From the human T2T-CHM13v2.0 reference genome, Homo sapiens: a stretch of DNA of 64,000 nucleotides. Below the pieces are notes generated by a model. It saw only the letters and a list, made by a program, of their open reading frames with translations. It did no database searches and had not been told where the DNA came from. Shown piece after piece: positions 12,236 through 24,890 of this stretch. The stretch lies in assembly GCF_009914755.1 (NCBI RefSeq), contig NC_060928.1. The stretch is one strand, 5' to 3'. The position numbers were made by a program, and so were the translations under genes. Within the stretch, counting starts at the first letter, position 1. Each line of letters starts with the position of its first letter.

Positions 12236-14149
12236 CCTGTAGAGAAAGAGAAGCAGGAGATTGAGGAGAGAAACAGAAAAAATGGAGAATAGAGGAGAAG
12301 AGAGATATAAAAGAGAAAAGTCAGGCAGAAAAGCAGGGAAGTAGGAAAAGAGCAAATCAAAGAAAATATAATTATTCCAGAATATTTGTAATCCAATGAA
12401 AGGATGTTGGTAGCTACAGCATTTTAGAGACCCCCAACTTCTCTTAGAAATTTTCAGAATCACTAGAGTTCTTAGGAGAGCTTTTCTGTTTTCTGTTTCC
12501 TAATCAAATAATTGTAGAAGAAGTTAATATATGAACATTTATTTTCAAAATGGTTTCACTGACATCATCCTGCAAGATTATTATATTATGCCCATTTTAT
12601 AAACACCAAACCTAAGGCCCTGAGGAGTTCAATGAAAAGCTGTCCCACTGGTGAATGATTCAGTGGTTAGGTGGGTTATGTAGTGGAGGAGTATCATGTT
12701 CAAAGGGGAAAGGGTTAGAGTGAAGAGAGCTAAAGGGGAGAGAATATGGACCCAAGAAAAGAATGCAGGAATGAGAAAACCTTAACTCCTAAGCTAGTCT
12801 TACAATGTGGCAGAGGAGTTTTTGTTTGTGACTTTCTCTGGCCTCTTTTGGGCATGACCTCTTGCACTTTGGATGACATTTGAGATTATTTTAAAGCCAT
12901 AACAATAATCAGAGAGAGTGGTCAAAAAATGGTAATGTGTGAATTAAATTTTCCCAGAACTTGTTCAGAACACAGGGCACAGGAAAACACATTTTGACAG
13001 AGCCACCTGTGCCAACTCCCTGCTGATGAGCCCTGGGAGACGAGGTTTTGCAGAAGGACTTCAACCTGCAGGCTTGGTCACTGCCAAGAGCAGCAGATGG
13101 CACTTGCTGGACATAGTTGCCTGTTAGCCTGGGGGGCCTACCTGTATAGCCTGACAGTATACACTAAGTTCAGCTATTCTGGACAGGCCCAGGAAGCCCC
13201 CCAAAGGAGGAAAATGTTATATTAGGTTCAGTATAGTTTTCCCAGTGCATAGAAGGTACGTAATCTCCTGATATATGTTTTTTGAATCTGTATTCTATTT
13301 TTATACATCTACTTTTCTTACAAAGGGGTATATTGTAATGTTACCCTGCAATATTCACATTTTTAAGGTATTGAAGGACAACTATTATTTTGAAGGTGAG
13401 ATTTCAAATTTTTCCTGGGAAGAAGTTTTTGGCAACTGGTCCCTTGACAAACATCCAAAGAGCCAATTACTGCACATAATTTTAAAAGCTGAAAAACTAA
13501 TGATGATTTTATGGGTTCATTAACCTCATAGCATTGTTGATGTGTTCTCACAGAACTCTGGAAGGGGGTGGAGAGGTTGGAAAAAGTGTTCCTGTGAGTA
13601 TCCCACTGGGAAAATCTCTATATACATTTCTCCTTGGATTGTGTTAATAACTCAGCCCAGGGCAGAGCCCAAAACTGCTGGCGCAGCACATGGAAGGAGT
13701 TCCTGCTCTATCTCTCCTCTTGAGCCCAACCCATCTCTACTTCTGCTGACAGCCCTGCTTCAGGTTGGCAAAGCCTCTATGTGGCTGTCAGAGAATCATA
13801 CTTTTCCCACCCCTCAGGGGCACCACCCACAGGACTGCCATCTGCTGCTGGGTCCAGGAAAGGTTCTCTGCCTGTAACTCTGGAGCACAAATTCTCTGAA
13901 GATGCTATGGCCAAATTTTCATGGAGCATATCGACTTGGGGACAAGGTTTTAGAAACTCTCTGCTCACCTCCCAGCAGTGTGTACCAGAAAAGGAGCAGA
14001 TGAGTGGGCATGTAAAATGTCACTGTTATGTTCTGGCTAATTTCCTCATACTCATGAGACATTAAAGAGTAGAGAGCCACAATAATGTGTGATGACTTAT
14101 AAGGGCCTGGAGCTCAAAGTAGAAGCACATATTTAAATTGGTGCCAGCT

Positions 14150-14203
14150 ATATGTATGTATGTGTATATATATACACATACATATATATACACACATATA
14201 TGT
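14150..14203. repeat. (TA/CA)n degenerate microsatellite
   Basis: tatgtatgtatgtgtatatatatacacatacatatatatacacacatatatg. Confidence 0.8.
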
Positions 14204-14225
14204 AAAGATGGTGAGATATACTAGG

Positions 14226-14392
14226 GCATTGCTACTCAAGTGTGGCCCTGGAACCAGCAGCAAGAGCATTACCTGACAGCTTGTTGGAAATGCGGAATGT
14301 GAAGTCTTAGTCCAGATTTACGGAATCAGAAACTATATTTTAGAACATCCCTAGGTGATTTATAGATACATGAAAGTTTGAGAAGCAAACTG
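14226..14392. mobile_element. MER5A hAT-Charlie MITE
   Basis: tgctactcaagtgtggccctggaaccagcagca...gcttgttggaaatgc...aagtttgagaagcaaactg. Confidence 0.8.
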
Positions 14393-14667
14393 AGACACAT
14401 TTATATCTTTTGGAATATATAGGACAATTGAAAGAACAAAGAATTTGAAATCAAAAGATGGGTTCAAGTGCTTGGTGAGGGTGATGGTATAAACATAGTT
14501 ACAGATAAGTTCCCCAGGTGAGGGAGAGAAAGGAAAGCAAAACAGGAGCAGCCAAAACAGGGTCTTGGGCATCTTTCTGCTATTCTTAGAGTCAGTACTC
14601 CCATGGTGGCAGAAATTATATTTTCTCAAAATTTACTACTGTGGTCCCAATTTAAGTTAATTTAATT

Positions 14668-14842
14668 TATTTAGCAAACACTTATATAGCACTTACTATA
14701 TGCCAGAAGAGCTCTCAGCACTTTACAAATATTAATTCACATAATCCCCATAACAAGCTTAGGGGGCAAGCATAACTAGCGTGACCCCTGGCCACACAGT
14801 CAGGAAGGAACAAAGCTAGGATTCAAACCATGGAAGTCTGGT
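14668..14842 (-). mobile_element. MIR SINE
   Basis: acttatatagcacttactatatgccag...aattcacataatccccataacaa...ggattcaaacc...agtctgg. Confidence 0.7.
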
Positions 14843-14965
14843 TAATGCTGGGTCTTAAAGAGTAAGGTCAATTGCTTCATAAATGGCAGAGGTAATTGAA
14901 ACCTGACCCTAGGCATTCTAAATGTGACTTTTGTTGGAAACCCTTTGTTGTATCATGTTGTTATA

Positions 14966-15013
14966 TTTGCCATTAAAAGTAATGGCAAAAACGTAATTAC
15001 TTTTGCACTAATA
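14966..15013 (-). mobile_element. MADE1 (Hsmar1-derived MITE), partial
   Basis: tttgccattaaaagtaatggcaaaaacgtaattacttttgcacta: MADE1 centre plus one TIR. Confidence 0.85.
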
Positions 15014-15475
15014 TTTATATTTCAAAATTGGTACCACTTTTGCTGTCTATTTCATCATATATTAATGCATATTATAACATAAAAATGATTCTTTTATTTA
15101 CCTTTTATTGGCCAAAACTGATGTTTTCAGCCTCTGGCTTCACATAACTATTATAGTGTGGGTAAGCCTACATGAGAAGCACAGACTTAAAACTTTCCCA
15201 AGGACCATCTACAGCCAACAACAGCCACAGAGACAAGCCCTGGGCCAAGAACATAATGCCCTGAAGGTTCTCCTAGGCTGAAGGAAAGATGGCCAAACCA
15301 CAACTTCCATTGGAAATCATAGTTAAGTTAGATAATGTAATCATAGATAAGAAATCATAGTTAAATAATATATGCAATCTGGTGGGGTTGTTCCTAACTT
15401 GGGGAAGCTTGTAAAATACATTCTTGGTTGACATATTGTTCTTATTCATAAAATGAACTGTTACTTTATGCCTAG

Positions 15476-15899
<424 letters not shown>

Positions 15900-16384
15900 T
15901 AATCATCATCAATCCAGTTACTATCAAACATTCAAATATTTAATGTGAACCTCAGATATACACAAAAACCAAATAAGGGCCATTGTCAAAGATTTCAGAA
16001 GATCTTATGGAACATTTTTCTTCTGAAGTAGAAAAATATACACAATTCTCCATGTCTTTTCTTGTAAATACGGTCTCATGAAACAGTTTGGTTTGCTGAT
16101 ATGTAGTTCAATTGTAAGCACTAAGCACAGCTGACTGTATTAAACTTTCTTAGTCAATATCAGAAAAAAAAATGCAGAACAGGAAGGTGCTACAAGAAAA
16201 GCAAGACTGCTGTTTAGTTTCATTTTTTACAGTTTGAATCATTTGGCTTTATAAATATTAGAGTAAAATCAGAATCTCACCCATCTGTAAAGTATAGCCT
16301 GCACCAGAGTGAAGGTGCTGGATGTGTAAGTAGGCCCGAGGACAAAAGAAAAGGAAAATCACCTTCTTTCATCAGGGCAAACTG

Positions 16385-16560
16385 AGCAACTTTAGCCTGG
16401 TGGTGAAGCACATGGGCTCAGGGTTCAACCAGCCTGACTGGGTGACTGATTTTCCCACATAGTAGTTGTGGCTTCTTAGGGTTGTTTGAAGATTTAACAA
16501 GAACTGTGTATAAACCATTAAGCACAACCCCTGTTTGCCTGGATTTACAATATGGTACTC
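16385..16560 (+). mobile_element. MIR relic, internally deleted
   Basis: agcctggtggtgaagcacatgggctc (MIR 5' end) and agggttgtttgaagatttaa (MIR 3' end). Confidence 0.5.
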
Positions 16561-16904
16561 CCCATTTTCCAGCCTCTCAAATATACAATCCCATAACAAA
16601 AGATTTATTAATCCACAGTCATGAGGTTCACTGAGAAGCCAACTTGATAAAGGGAAGCCTCAGTTAACAATTTTGTGCCACATAACATGGGTTTAAAACG
16701 TTCATGGAGAGATTGCAGTAAGGAAATTTGGACACTGACTAGGAATACTTGATAATTATCCCCCTTTTTTTTTATTTTTAAAAAGTTCTCTTTATTTGTA
16801 ATTATATCCCCTTATCTTCTTTCTTCAACTAACTTACAAAGTAGATTGGTACAGATTACCAGATACTTTTCAATGTTGTTTTTTTTTTTATCCCCTTTTT
16901 GAGC

Positions 16905-17420
16905 CAACAAATATTTACTGAGTACCAAGTTAATACCAACTCACTACTGTCTGTAGAGGGTACAAGGAGTCATGACTCCTGATTTCTAAGACCTAACATC
17001 CTCGGGAAAATAAAGCACTTAAAAAAAAATCTGTGATTCAGACTTTGTATGCCAATTGCTAGAGGTATATACTATGAAAGTTTCAAAGAAGGTGAGATTT
17101 CATTCAACAAAGCCAGTGGGAACAGCTTCAAAGGGAGACAGAACTGAGCTGGGCTGGGCTTCCCAATGAAGGAAATCTAGGCCTCTCACAGGGCCCCACC
17201 AGACTGCTCTGGGTTTGGCTGCTAGCTCTCTGACGTCATCCAGAATCATGTTCCCTGAATTCACTCTGCTCCTCCTCTCTGTCCTTCTTTCTGTGTCTTC
17301 AACCTACCAAGTGTGCTCTGCCTCAGAACCTCTGCAATTGCTGCCACTCTTCCCGGAATGTTTTGACCCACATTGTTTAATTGAGAGCTCCTTTTAATTA
17401 TATCTCAGGCTAAATGTCTG
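16905..17420. mobile_element. L2 fragments in opposite orientations
   Basis: caacaaatatttactgagtacc (antisense L2 end) and ctgcctcagaacctctgcaattgctg...ccggaatg (sense L2). Confidence 0.5.
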
Positions 17421-17869
17421 TTCAATTCTCTCTTCTCTTTCTCTAACATTCAGCTTTCTCTGCCTTCCCATAGTTTCTACTCGTCATGAAACTGTCCGGC
17501 ATGTGGTTGGATTTGGTTTGAGGTCGTTCCAGTGGCTTGACATGGTCCTCACACTCCAATCACAAATTGACATAGTTTCCATGTTTCTTGGCTTCGATTC
17601 TCAAAATAGGCTTTCTATTTGACATTAGACCAGGTGTGCTTCCCTGGCCTGGTTGTTTGAGGTCATGAGGTTGGGGTTGTGGTTTAATAGATTCTTAAAG
17701 AGCCTATACGGAGGGAAGGTGATAAATCTTTCTCAATACTGTTGTCTACTGTGGTATTTTCCTGACACCATTGTTATTTCATTAATTCTATTAGTTTTAA
17801 GTTTGTTGCTTTAGGTTTCTAAATATCCAAATGCATCATCTAAAATAATAATCATTTTGTTTTCTTTAT

Positions 17870-18030
17870 GCTTCAGTTTCTTAATTAACAAATTTGAGGA
17901 TAAATGACAATACTATGCTCTTAGATTTGTTGTGATGTTTAAATTAGTTAATGCCTATAAAGTACTTAGGACAATATTTAGTACAGAGCAAACACTCAAC
18001 AAATATTGCCAATTGTTCTCACCATTATTA
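17870..18030 (+). mobile_element. MIR 3' part
   Basis: cttcagtttc...gttgtgatgtttaaattagttaatgcctataaagtacttaggaca...actcaacaaatattg. Confidence 0.65.
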
Positions 18031-18329
18031 TTCATTTTCCTGGCAAAGTCCTTTGTAGGACTTTTACATTTTGAGTAAGGTGTGGGAGATTGGTGGAGTA
18101 GGTATACCAGGAAAGAGAAGTTATCAGAAATATGCAAATATAAGGCATGATAACATTTTTAAATGTTAGATGATAAAATTATCAGCAAGTACATTTGTTA
18201 GATACGCTGAAAAAAATATTAAACTTAAAAGCTGATTTCACATGTTCCCACAGCAATATTTCTCAAGAAAATATTTGCTCCCATTTCTACCTCCTTTTGA
18301 CCACTGTAGCCAATACTCTCTAAACACCT

Positions 18330-18512
18330 ATTATATTCCTGGCCTTCATCCATGTGATTGGGTTCCCTGCAGAAGAGCACTCTGATGGGGCATTGTGCTG
18401 ACCCATGATGGTCAGGTAATAAGAGCATGACATAAACTTTTGTTACTGAAAGCCACGAAGACTTAGGGGCTGTTAATTGTTGCAGCATTACTCTGCCTCA
18501 GCTGACTGACAG
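18330..18512 (+). mobile_element. MLT1 (MaLR) LTR 3' part
   Basis: ataaacttttgttactgaaagccacgaagacttaggggctgttaattgttgcagca...ctgactgaca is a typical MLT1 end. Confidence 0.65.
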
Positions 18513-18998
18513 ACCATGAATGAAAAGCCCACATTCATACTTTTAAGTAGATACTCTAAATTCTCTGAATACAAAGTTAAGTGAGAGATCATCTAGCCGA
18601 ACTAGTAGATTGTAATGTCTCTAGAGAAGGAAAAACAAGAAATATTTAAGTAGCTATGGGTGTAAGATTTAAGCAATAGTTCTCAAAATTATCCTAATAC
18701 CCTACATCTAGAAAAATTAGTTATCTATACGTTGAAATGAAATTCATACATGTTATGCACCAGTAAGTGTAACTTTCTAAAAATTTAAAACAATATCCTA
18801 ATTATTATAAAAAGGAGATATAAAATATATTGATGAGGTAATATGTGTTTCAATGTTACAATAAACATGTATTTCAACATGTAAATGCACAGGCAAGACT
18901 ATATCTGAAGGCATCGATGTAATATAACAGAGGTATAAGAAAATGTAAGTGTAGAAGTCCAAGAGGCTACTGGAATTAGAATCAATGATAGGGTATTT

Positions 18999-19114
18999 CC
19001 TTAATGTAAATGACGAGTTAATGGGTGCATCACACTAACATGGCACATGTATACATATGTAACAAACCTGCACGTTGTGCACATGTACCCTAGAACTTAA
19101 AGTATAATAAAAAA
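18999..19114 (+). mobile_element. L1PA4-like extreme 3' end (about 115 bp) with 21-bp direct repeat
   Basis: taatgtaaatgacgagttaatgggtgc...ccctagaacttaaagtataataaaaa; flanked by agaatcaatgatagggtattt at 18978-18998 and 19115-19135. Confidence 0.92.
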
Positions 19115-19409
19115 AGAATCAATGATAGGGTATTTTATAACACAGTAGATTTGTTATGATGATAAAGAAAAAAAGAAAAAACCTTAATTAAAGTAGTGAT
19201 TAAAAATTTAAGTAATTAAAAAGCAAGTAAAAATGCAGAAGTATATTTTTACAAATTAGCTGAGCCTTTCTTATAACACTTATGTCAAAAGAATTTACTC
19301 AATATATCTGTTATGTAAAGTAAAAAATGCATCAAAGAAAAGATATCTCTTACTTTAAAAATCCCAACATATGACAATGCATGAAGAAATATCTTGTATA
19401 AAAAAGACT

Positions 19410-19797
19410 TTGGGCATACAGTGGATTATCACTCAGTAATAAAAGGTACAAACTATTGATACATGCCACAACTTAATTGAATCCCAAAGGCATAATCCTG
19501 AGTAAAAGAAGACAATGTCAAAAAGTTATATACTGTATGATCCAAGTTACATGGCATTCTTAAAAAAGACAAGGCCTATACTGACCTTAAAGAAAATAGA
19601 TCACTCATTGCCAGGACTCAGGAGTTAAGTGTGTGACTTCCCTGAGGGGCAACCTGAGAAGGATTTTTGGAGCAATGGAACTATTCTGTATCTTGGAACT
19701 GTTCTGTATCCATACACTTGCTAAAACTCATACTGCTATACAAACACACACATACACAAAGGACACCAACTCTACTGTATGTTTATTTAAAAAAAAG
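19410..19797 (+). mobile_element. Old L1M (L1MD/ME-like) 3' UTR
   Basis: actattgatacatgccacaac...gagtaaaagaag...atactgtatgatcc...tggaactattctgtatcttg. Confidence 0.75.
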
Positions 19798-19802
19798 ACA
19801 GT

Positions 19803-19841
19803 TGTATTAATCAGGGGGTTCTTCAGAGAAAAAGAATCAAT

Positions 19842-19889
<48 letters not shown>

Positions 19890-20198
19890 ATAAGAGAGAT
19901 TTATTAAAAGCAATTGGCTCACATGATTATGGGGGCTGGCAAGTCCAAATCTGCAGTGTGTGACAGCAGACTGGAGACCCAGGAGAGCCAATGCTGCAGA
20001 TGAAGTTCAAAGACAGTGTTCTGGAGAATTTCCGCTTGCTTGGGAAGGCAGGCCTTTGTTCTATTCAGGCCTTCAACTGATTGTATGAGGCCCATCCTCA
20101 TTATGAAGGGCAATCTGGTTTGCCCAATGTTTGCCAACTTTAATGTTAATTTAATCCAAAAACATCCTCCAAGCTGACACATAAAATTAATTATCACA
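19803..20198 (-). mobile_element. MLT2 (ERVL) solo LTR with internal (TG)n
   Basis: TG...CA ends; tgtattaatcaggggttcttcagagaaa...attggctcacatgattatgggggctggcaagtcc...aagctgacacataaaattaattatcaca. Confidence 0.88.
19844..19886. repeat. (TG)n microsatellite
   Basis: About 21 GT units. Confidence 0.95.
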
Positions 20199-20399
20199 AC
20201 CCTGGATGCAATATCCTTCAATAGGCAACTAGAAATTAATGGTAGATTGGAAAAAAAAAAAAGGAATATAAGAGATCAGGTTAAATCAAGATGCATCCAA
20301 AACATAAATAAATAAATTATTTCTACATAACTTTCACAACATTTATTACCAACTGACTTACACATTGAAGTGTTTATGACAGAAAAAAAAGAATTTTTG

Positions 20400-20449
20400 A
20401 AACAGACTTTATTAATTACATTTAAAACAGACTTTATTAACTACATTTA
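20400..20449. repeat. 25-bp tandem duplication
   Basis: aaacagactttattaa(t/c)tacattta twice, one mismatch. Confidence 0.9.
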
Positions 20450-20543
20450 GTGACATTCCTGTATTTTTTTCTATTTATTGAGTAATGCTTATTTTTAAGT
20501 CAATCTCTTAAGGAAATCTCAAATTTTCAAATCTCTTTCATTC

Positions 20544-20673
20544 CAAGTAGTGCTCACTTTGTATGGTACTGTGTTAACTGAAACTGAGTATATCAGAATT
20601 GTGCAAAGCAAGGACACAGCTTCAATATGCACGTTTCAGTTAAAATGATGCCATGCAAAATGAAGACTGCCTG
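20544..20673. mobile_element. Palindromic TcMar/Tigger-type MITE (subfamily not assigned)
   Basis: About 50-bp imperfect inverted arms (20544-20593 and 20625-20673) sharing ttaactgaaac; right end CAGGCAGTC on the minus strand. Confidence 0.65.
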
Positions 20674-22913
20674 TGTATGTTTGACTGTTACAGCTACAAA
20701 TGCAAGCTGACACAGGTGTATATATTAGCAGCTCTAATACCACAAATAGCATCATTGTCGGTGATGTGCATTTCCAAAATTGTAAATCATTCTTGGTAAA
20801 TTTCCTAACAAAACAAAGAACAATTCATTTTTAGTTGTCATAGTGTTTGCATTCCTAAGAAAATTCGTATGTATTAAATGTTCAAAAATTACTTTATATG
20901 TATATCCCTAGCTTCCTGTCTGCTAAATGTCAGAAGACCCTTCCCCATACTGTGAAACATAAATTCAACCCCCACCAAATTTTCAAAATACTTCTAAGAA
21001 AGGATACCCTCCAACAAAATCACCACTTACAGCTTTAAGAAGATATCATAAAGACTACCTACTTAAAGTCCTAATACAAATTAGACTGTATTAAATTTCG
21101 GAAGACATTTGTTATACATGTAATGACTGGACAAAGCAAGTATCTTAAAGTTTAGGGATCTCTGACCTTTGACGTTCAGATTAAAATTGCTCATAAAATC
21201 TTGGTCCATTAGCAATTCAGACAGAGAGAAAGGCTACCTTTGTTCCTCATATATAGTGAATGCTCAATAAATTTAATTGAAATTCAAGGCAGGCAAACTT
21301 GGTTTTGCTTAAAAAAAATTGGGATAATTGGTATGGTAATTCCTAAACTGACTTCAGTATAGGGGAAAATAATTCACCCAAAAAGCACAGATTTTCTTTA
21401 GTTTCTTTGGTGTACTATTAGTTTTCCTTTTGCTGTTTTACATCAAAACCAGTAACTCCTGCAAACTGTATTCTCAAGGTAATAAGGAGAATCATAGGAG
21501 AGGCTATGGCCTTAATATGAACCAACCCAAGGACAGATTGAAGGTAAAAATGTTGGCTTTGAAATCATGCATTAAATGCACAATGTTATTCAGCTCATGA
21601 CAATAGATACTTTGTTGTTGTTTTGTTTTGTTTATTCAAAAATTTTATTTGCAAACTAAATTTCCATAATACATTGCCAAGAGAGTATAACTGTTATCTA
21701 TGTAAATGTTTGTGGTAATATACTAAAATAGGAATTTACTACTTCAGTTATGCTTCTGATAACATCATTTCATTTTGGATCATTCAAAGACAGTTGGGTC
21801 CTTGATTATAAGACACACTGTCTCTATTTCTAGAAAAATAAAGTAAAATAAAAAAATATGCTTCTAAAGAATTGTTTATCACTTGATAATTACAGAGCCC
21901 TTGAAGCTATTCTCTATATTTCAAGAACTCTTATTTTTTCCCTCGGGATCAAGCAGTTCTTTGTTTTAATTTATTTTCCTCTTAAATACCTCCTGCTATT
22001 TAAGCAATAATTCCTTCCAAATCAATTGTTAGCAGCAGTTAATGAATGGTTGGTTAATTAATAGCTCAAAGCAAAGCTGAGGGTGTTCCATGTTCTAACA
22101 AACCACCAGAGTCTAACTGGGGTATTATTGTTACTATACCCTGTAATCAGTGGCTTCTCACAGCATTGTGGCTACGTATTATTTTATTTTTACTAAACAG
22201 AATGAGTTAAATGGGAAATAGGTGACAGCATTATAAAATCAATTACAATAATATACATTTTCTAAAATTATTTGCATGTCCAGATTGATTTCTTATTTCC
22301 ATAGGATGTGCCAGAAGGCAGGGGGGTGAAATGTCAGCTTGTGCCGGTTAGTAAACTCATTTAACGGTAGCAGTTTCCTCTCTTCAACCCTCCAGGGCTC
22401 CAAGCCTGATTATCTGCAAAAGCCTCATGGCATTTCAAATGTTTTCTGATTCAGAATTGTGGCACTGCACTCACTGACAGCAAAAGGAAAGAAACTGTGC
22501 TGCACATTTTCTGCCTGATAAACATACGGTTTACTTAACAACACCAGATATGCCTTCTGTATGGTTAATAGACGGGATATGTGCTTAATAATTACTGCAA
22601 GAACCTAAATATCAAGAGTCCTCAAATTCTATTCCTAAAACCTCCTGCCTTGTTCTATGTGACCACAGGGAAGTAATTCAGCAACTTTGTGCTTTGTTAC
22701 TAAGAATTCTAACAATCAACCAAAATCAAAGACAGCTATTCCAAAAATGAGCCTAGAGATGCTATTATGTCCTTGAATTTTGCCTTTATTAGAAATATAT
22801 TAATAAATGTGTTGCATGGAAATAAATGTCAGGCATATATTTTGTGATTTACTAAAGCAGTGCTTTCATTGTTCTATATCGTCCTTTCAACTACCAACTC
22901 CTTGAGATGGTAT

Positions 22914-23697
22914 TGAAATGGAAAATGTTCCCTTATCCCCCTCACAGGGTGTGCGATGGGGGTGTGGCTCACTTCTTCGTGCCCTGCTGCTCAAACCCCT
23001 AGGGGGAGCATGCAGACGGATAGGTTGTGGGGCTCCAACCCCATGGCGGTGTCTAGGAGTGAATGTTTACAGCTCCTGAAGCCCCAGTGGGCGTGTGTTA
23101 CAGGGTGCTCTTTTAGTTTAGCTGTCCATAGGCAGCTTGTGTTAGTCAGCTCAGTTAGGCCCTCTGCCGTATCACAAAAACAGAGGGCTTTCTGTATCCT
23201 GGGATTCTTGCCTTGGTGTACCGGAAGAACTGGATCACACCTGGAGAATGAGTGCAAGGTTTCCTTGAGTAGAGATAGCTCTCAACAAATGGGGGAGACA
23301 GAAGGGGAGGAAGTGGGAAAGTGGTTTTCCCCTGGAGTTGGGCCACTCAGCGGCCAGGCTGTTCTCCAACTGCCCCGGCTAAACTCCTCGTTGTTCCACT
23401 GGTCGATGGCCTCCATTCCTGCCAACGTCTGTTGGTGTGCTTTTCTGCCAACGTGCTCCCCTTGACGTCCTCTCGACGTCCAGCCACTTATGTCTCTGTC
23501 CACTAGAATCTCAGGGTTTTTATAGGCACGGGATGGGGACATGGAGGGTCAGGGTGGTCTTGGAAAATGCAACATATGGGCACGGAGGCAGGAGTGCCTG
23601 TCCTCACCTAGGTCCATGGGCACAGGCCCGGTGGGTGAAGCACTAACCAGGGACCTACTTTTCTCTACCTAGCACTTCCCTGCCCCCTCCCATATCA
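22914..23697 (-). mobile_element. ERV1 solo LTR (LTR27/LTR28/MER52 group), 784 bp
   Basis: TG...CA termini, 4-bp TSD GTAT (22910-22913 and 23698-23701), GC-rich, minus-strand TATAAAAA at 23517-23524. Confidence 0.88.
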
Positions 23698-24679
23698 GTA
23701 TTGGCAAGATAGCTCTGATTTTATCGTTTATTCCTCTGTGTACTTACAAAATGTTGCGATACCAAGGGTAAATCTGTGTGGAATTAGGGTATAAACATTA
23801 ATTAATATTCTGGCTTCTGTATTTCAATGTAATAAACTATTGCCTGATTAAAGTTGAGATATCACCATGTAATAATAAGTCTCAAATCCCAATTTCAGGA
23901 ATTTGTTGGCAGCACAGTGTCATAGGCTTTCAGAGATGATAGTGGAAGAGAAAAGTTGATGGAGCCAGAAACAGTAATGAAAACTATAGACTATTCCTGA
24001 ATAGAGAACTCTGAAGGAGAAAAGAGATGGAAGATAAAAAATCACTGAATAAATAAAAAAAGGCCACAATAAAGATTTTGTCAAATATATAGCAAGTAAA
24101 GGTCATATTCATGTCATATACTCATTCTCGTGAGAATCACAAATAATGCTTTTGGCTGAGTCACAAAGTAAGTAAAACCCAAAGCTTGTATCCCCTGTTC
24201 TCTGACAGTATTTCAAACTTGGTTAGCAAGCTGTTGCCCAGATTTTTGTTAAAGGTTATTCATTTGAATCTCCAGTCCAGGTATATTTTATTATTTTCAC
24301 AATTTCTAAAATTTCATTCTTCACTAAACTGCCTCAAATTGCCAGAATAAGCAAAACATGTCCATTAAGATAATAATTGTCCAAAAAGCTTCCTGTCTGC
24401 AGAGATGATTAATGACTTAAAAGATTAAAATATCCCCAGAAATGACTTTTTAGCTAAACCAAGTCCCTAAGTGAATTACCCTCCCATGAGTCTACCTTTA
24501 ATGGTATAAGCTTTGAAATATGATGTTTCTATCAGAAATATAATAGATACTCTCTACTTTGCAGCCATTTGAACAGCATTTTCAGATTTAGGGGGAATAA
24601 ATTTATTTAAATTTTGACAGTGGTTTATTTTAACTTTATTATTAATACTACCATAATATTAATGGACAAAAATAACTTC

Positions 24680-24890
24680 TGCTTGCTGAGTATCTAAGCT
24701 ATTCTAAGTTCTGGTCCTTATTTTATTTAACCCTACAATAAATCTGTCTGGTTAGTGTTTTTATATACATTTTATTGTGCATACCAAAGATACAAAGGTG
24801 CAGAAGTGTTAAGTGTTTTGGCCAAGGTCAGCCAACTAGCAGTGAGCAGAGCCAGGATCCAAACATAAGTCTGCCTGACTCCAACACTGT
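24680..24890 (-). mobile_element. MIR SINE
   Basis: gttaagtgttttggccaaggtcagccaactag...gagccaggatccaaacataagtctgcctgactcca. Confidence 0.7.

Larger units (their letters stand above)
18673..21028. mobile_element. hAT-Charlie (MER20/MER20B-like) element, split into about 18673-18930 and 20682-21028 by nested insertions
   Basis: caatagttctcaaa left end; right block ending ctaaatgtcagaagaccc...aaaatcaccact resembles the MER20-type terminus; subfamily uncertain. Confidence 0.45.

Noticed and set aside
17480-17730. GT-rich unique stretch considered as a NUMT or pseudogene fragment
   Set aside because: Manual translation of the part examined gave no recognisable protein, and I recall no mtDNA match; BLAST would be needed.
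22956-23465. 169-aa ORF, the longest in the window
   Set aside because: It lies wholly inside a GC-rich solo LTR on the antisense strand and is not gag, pol or env.
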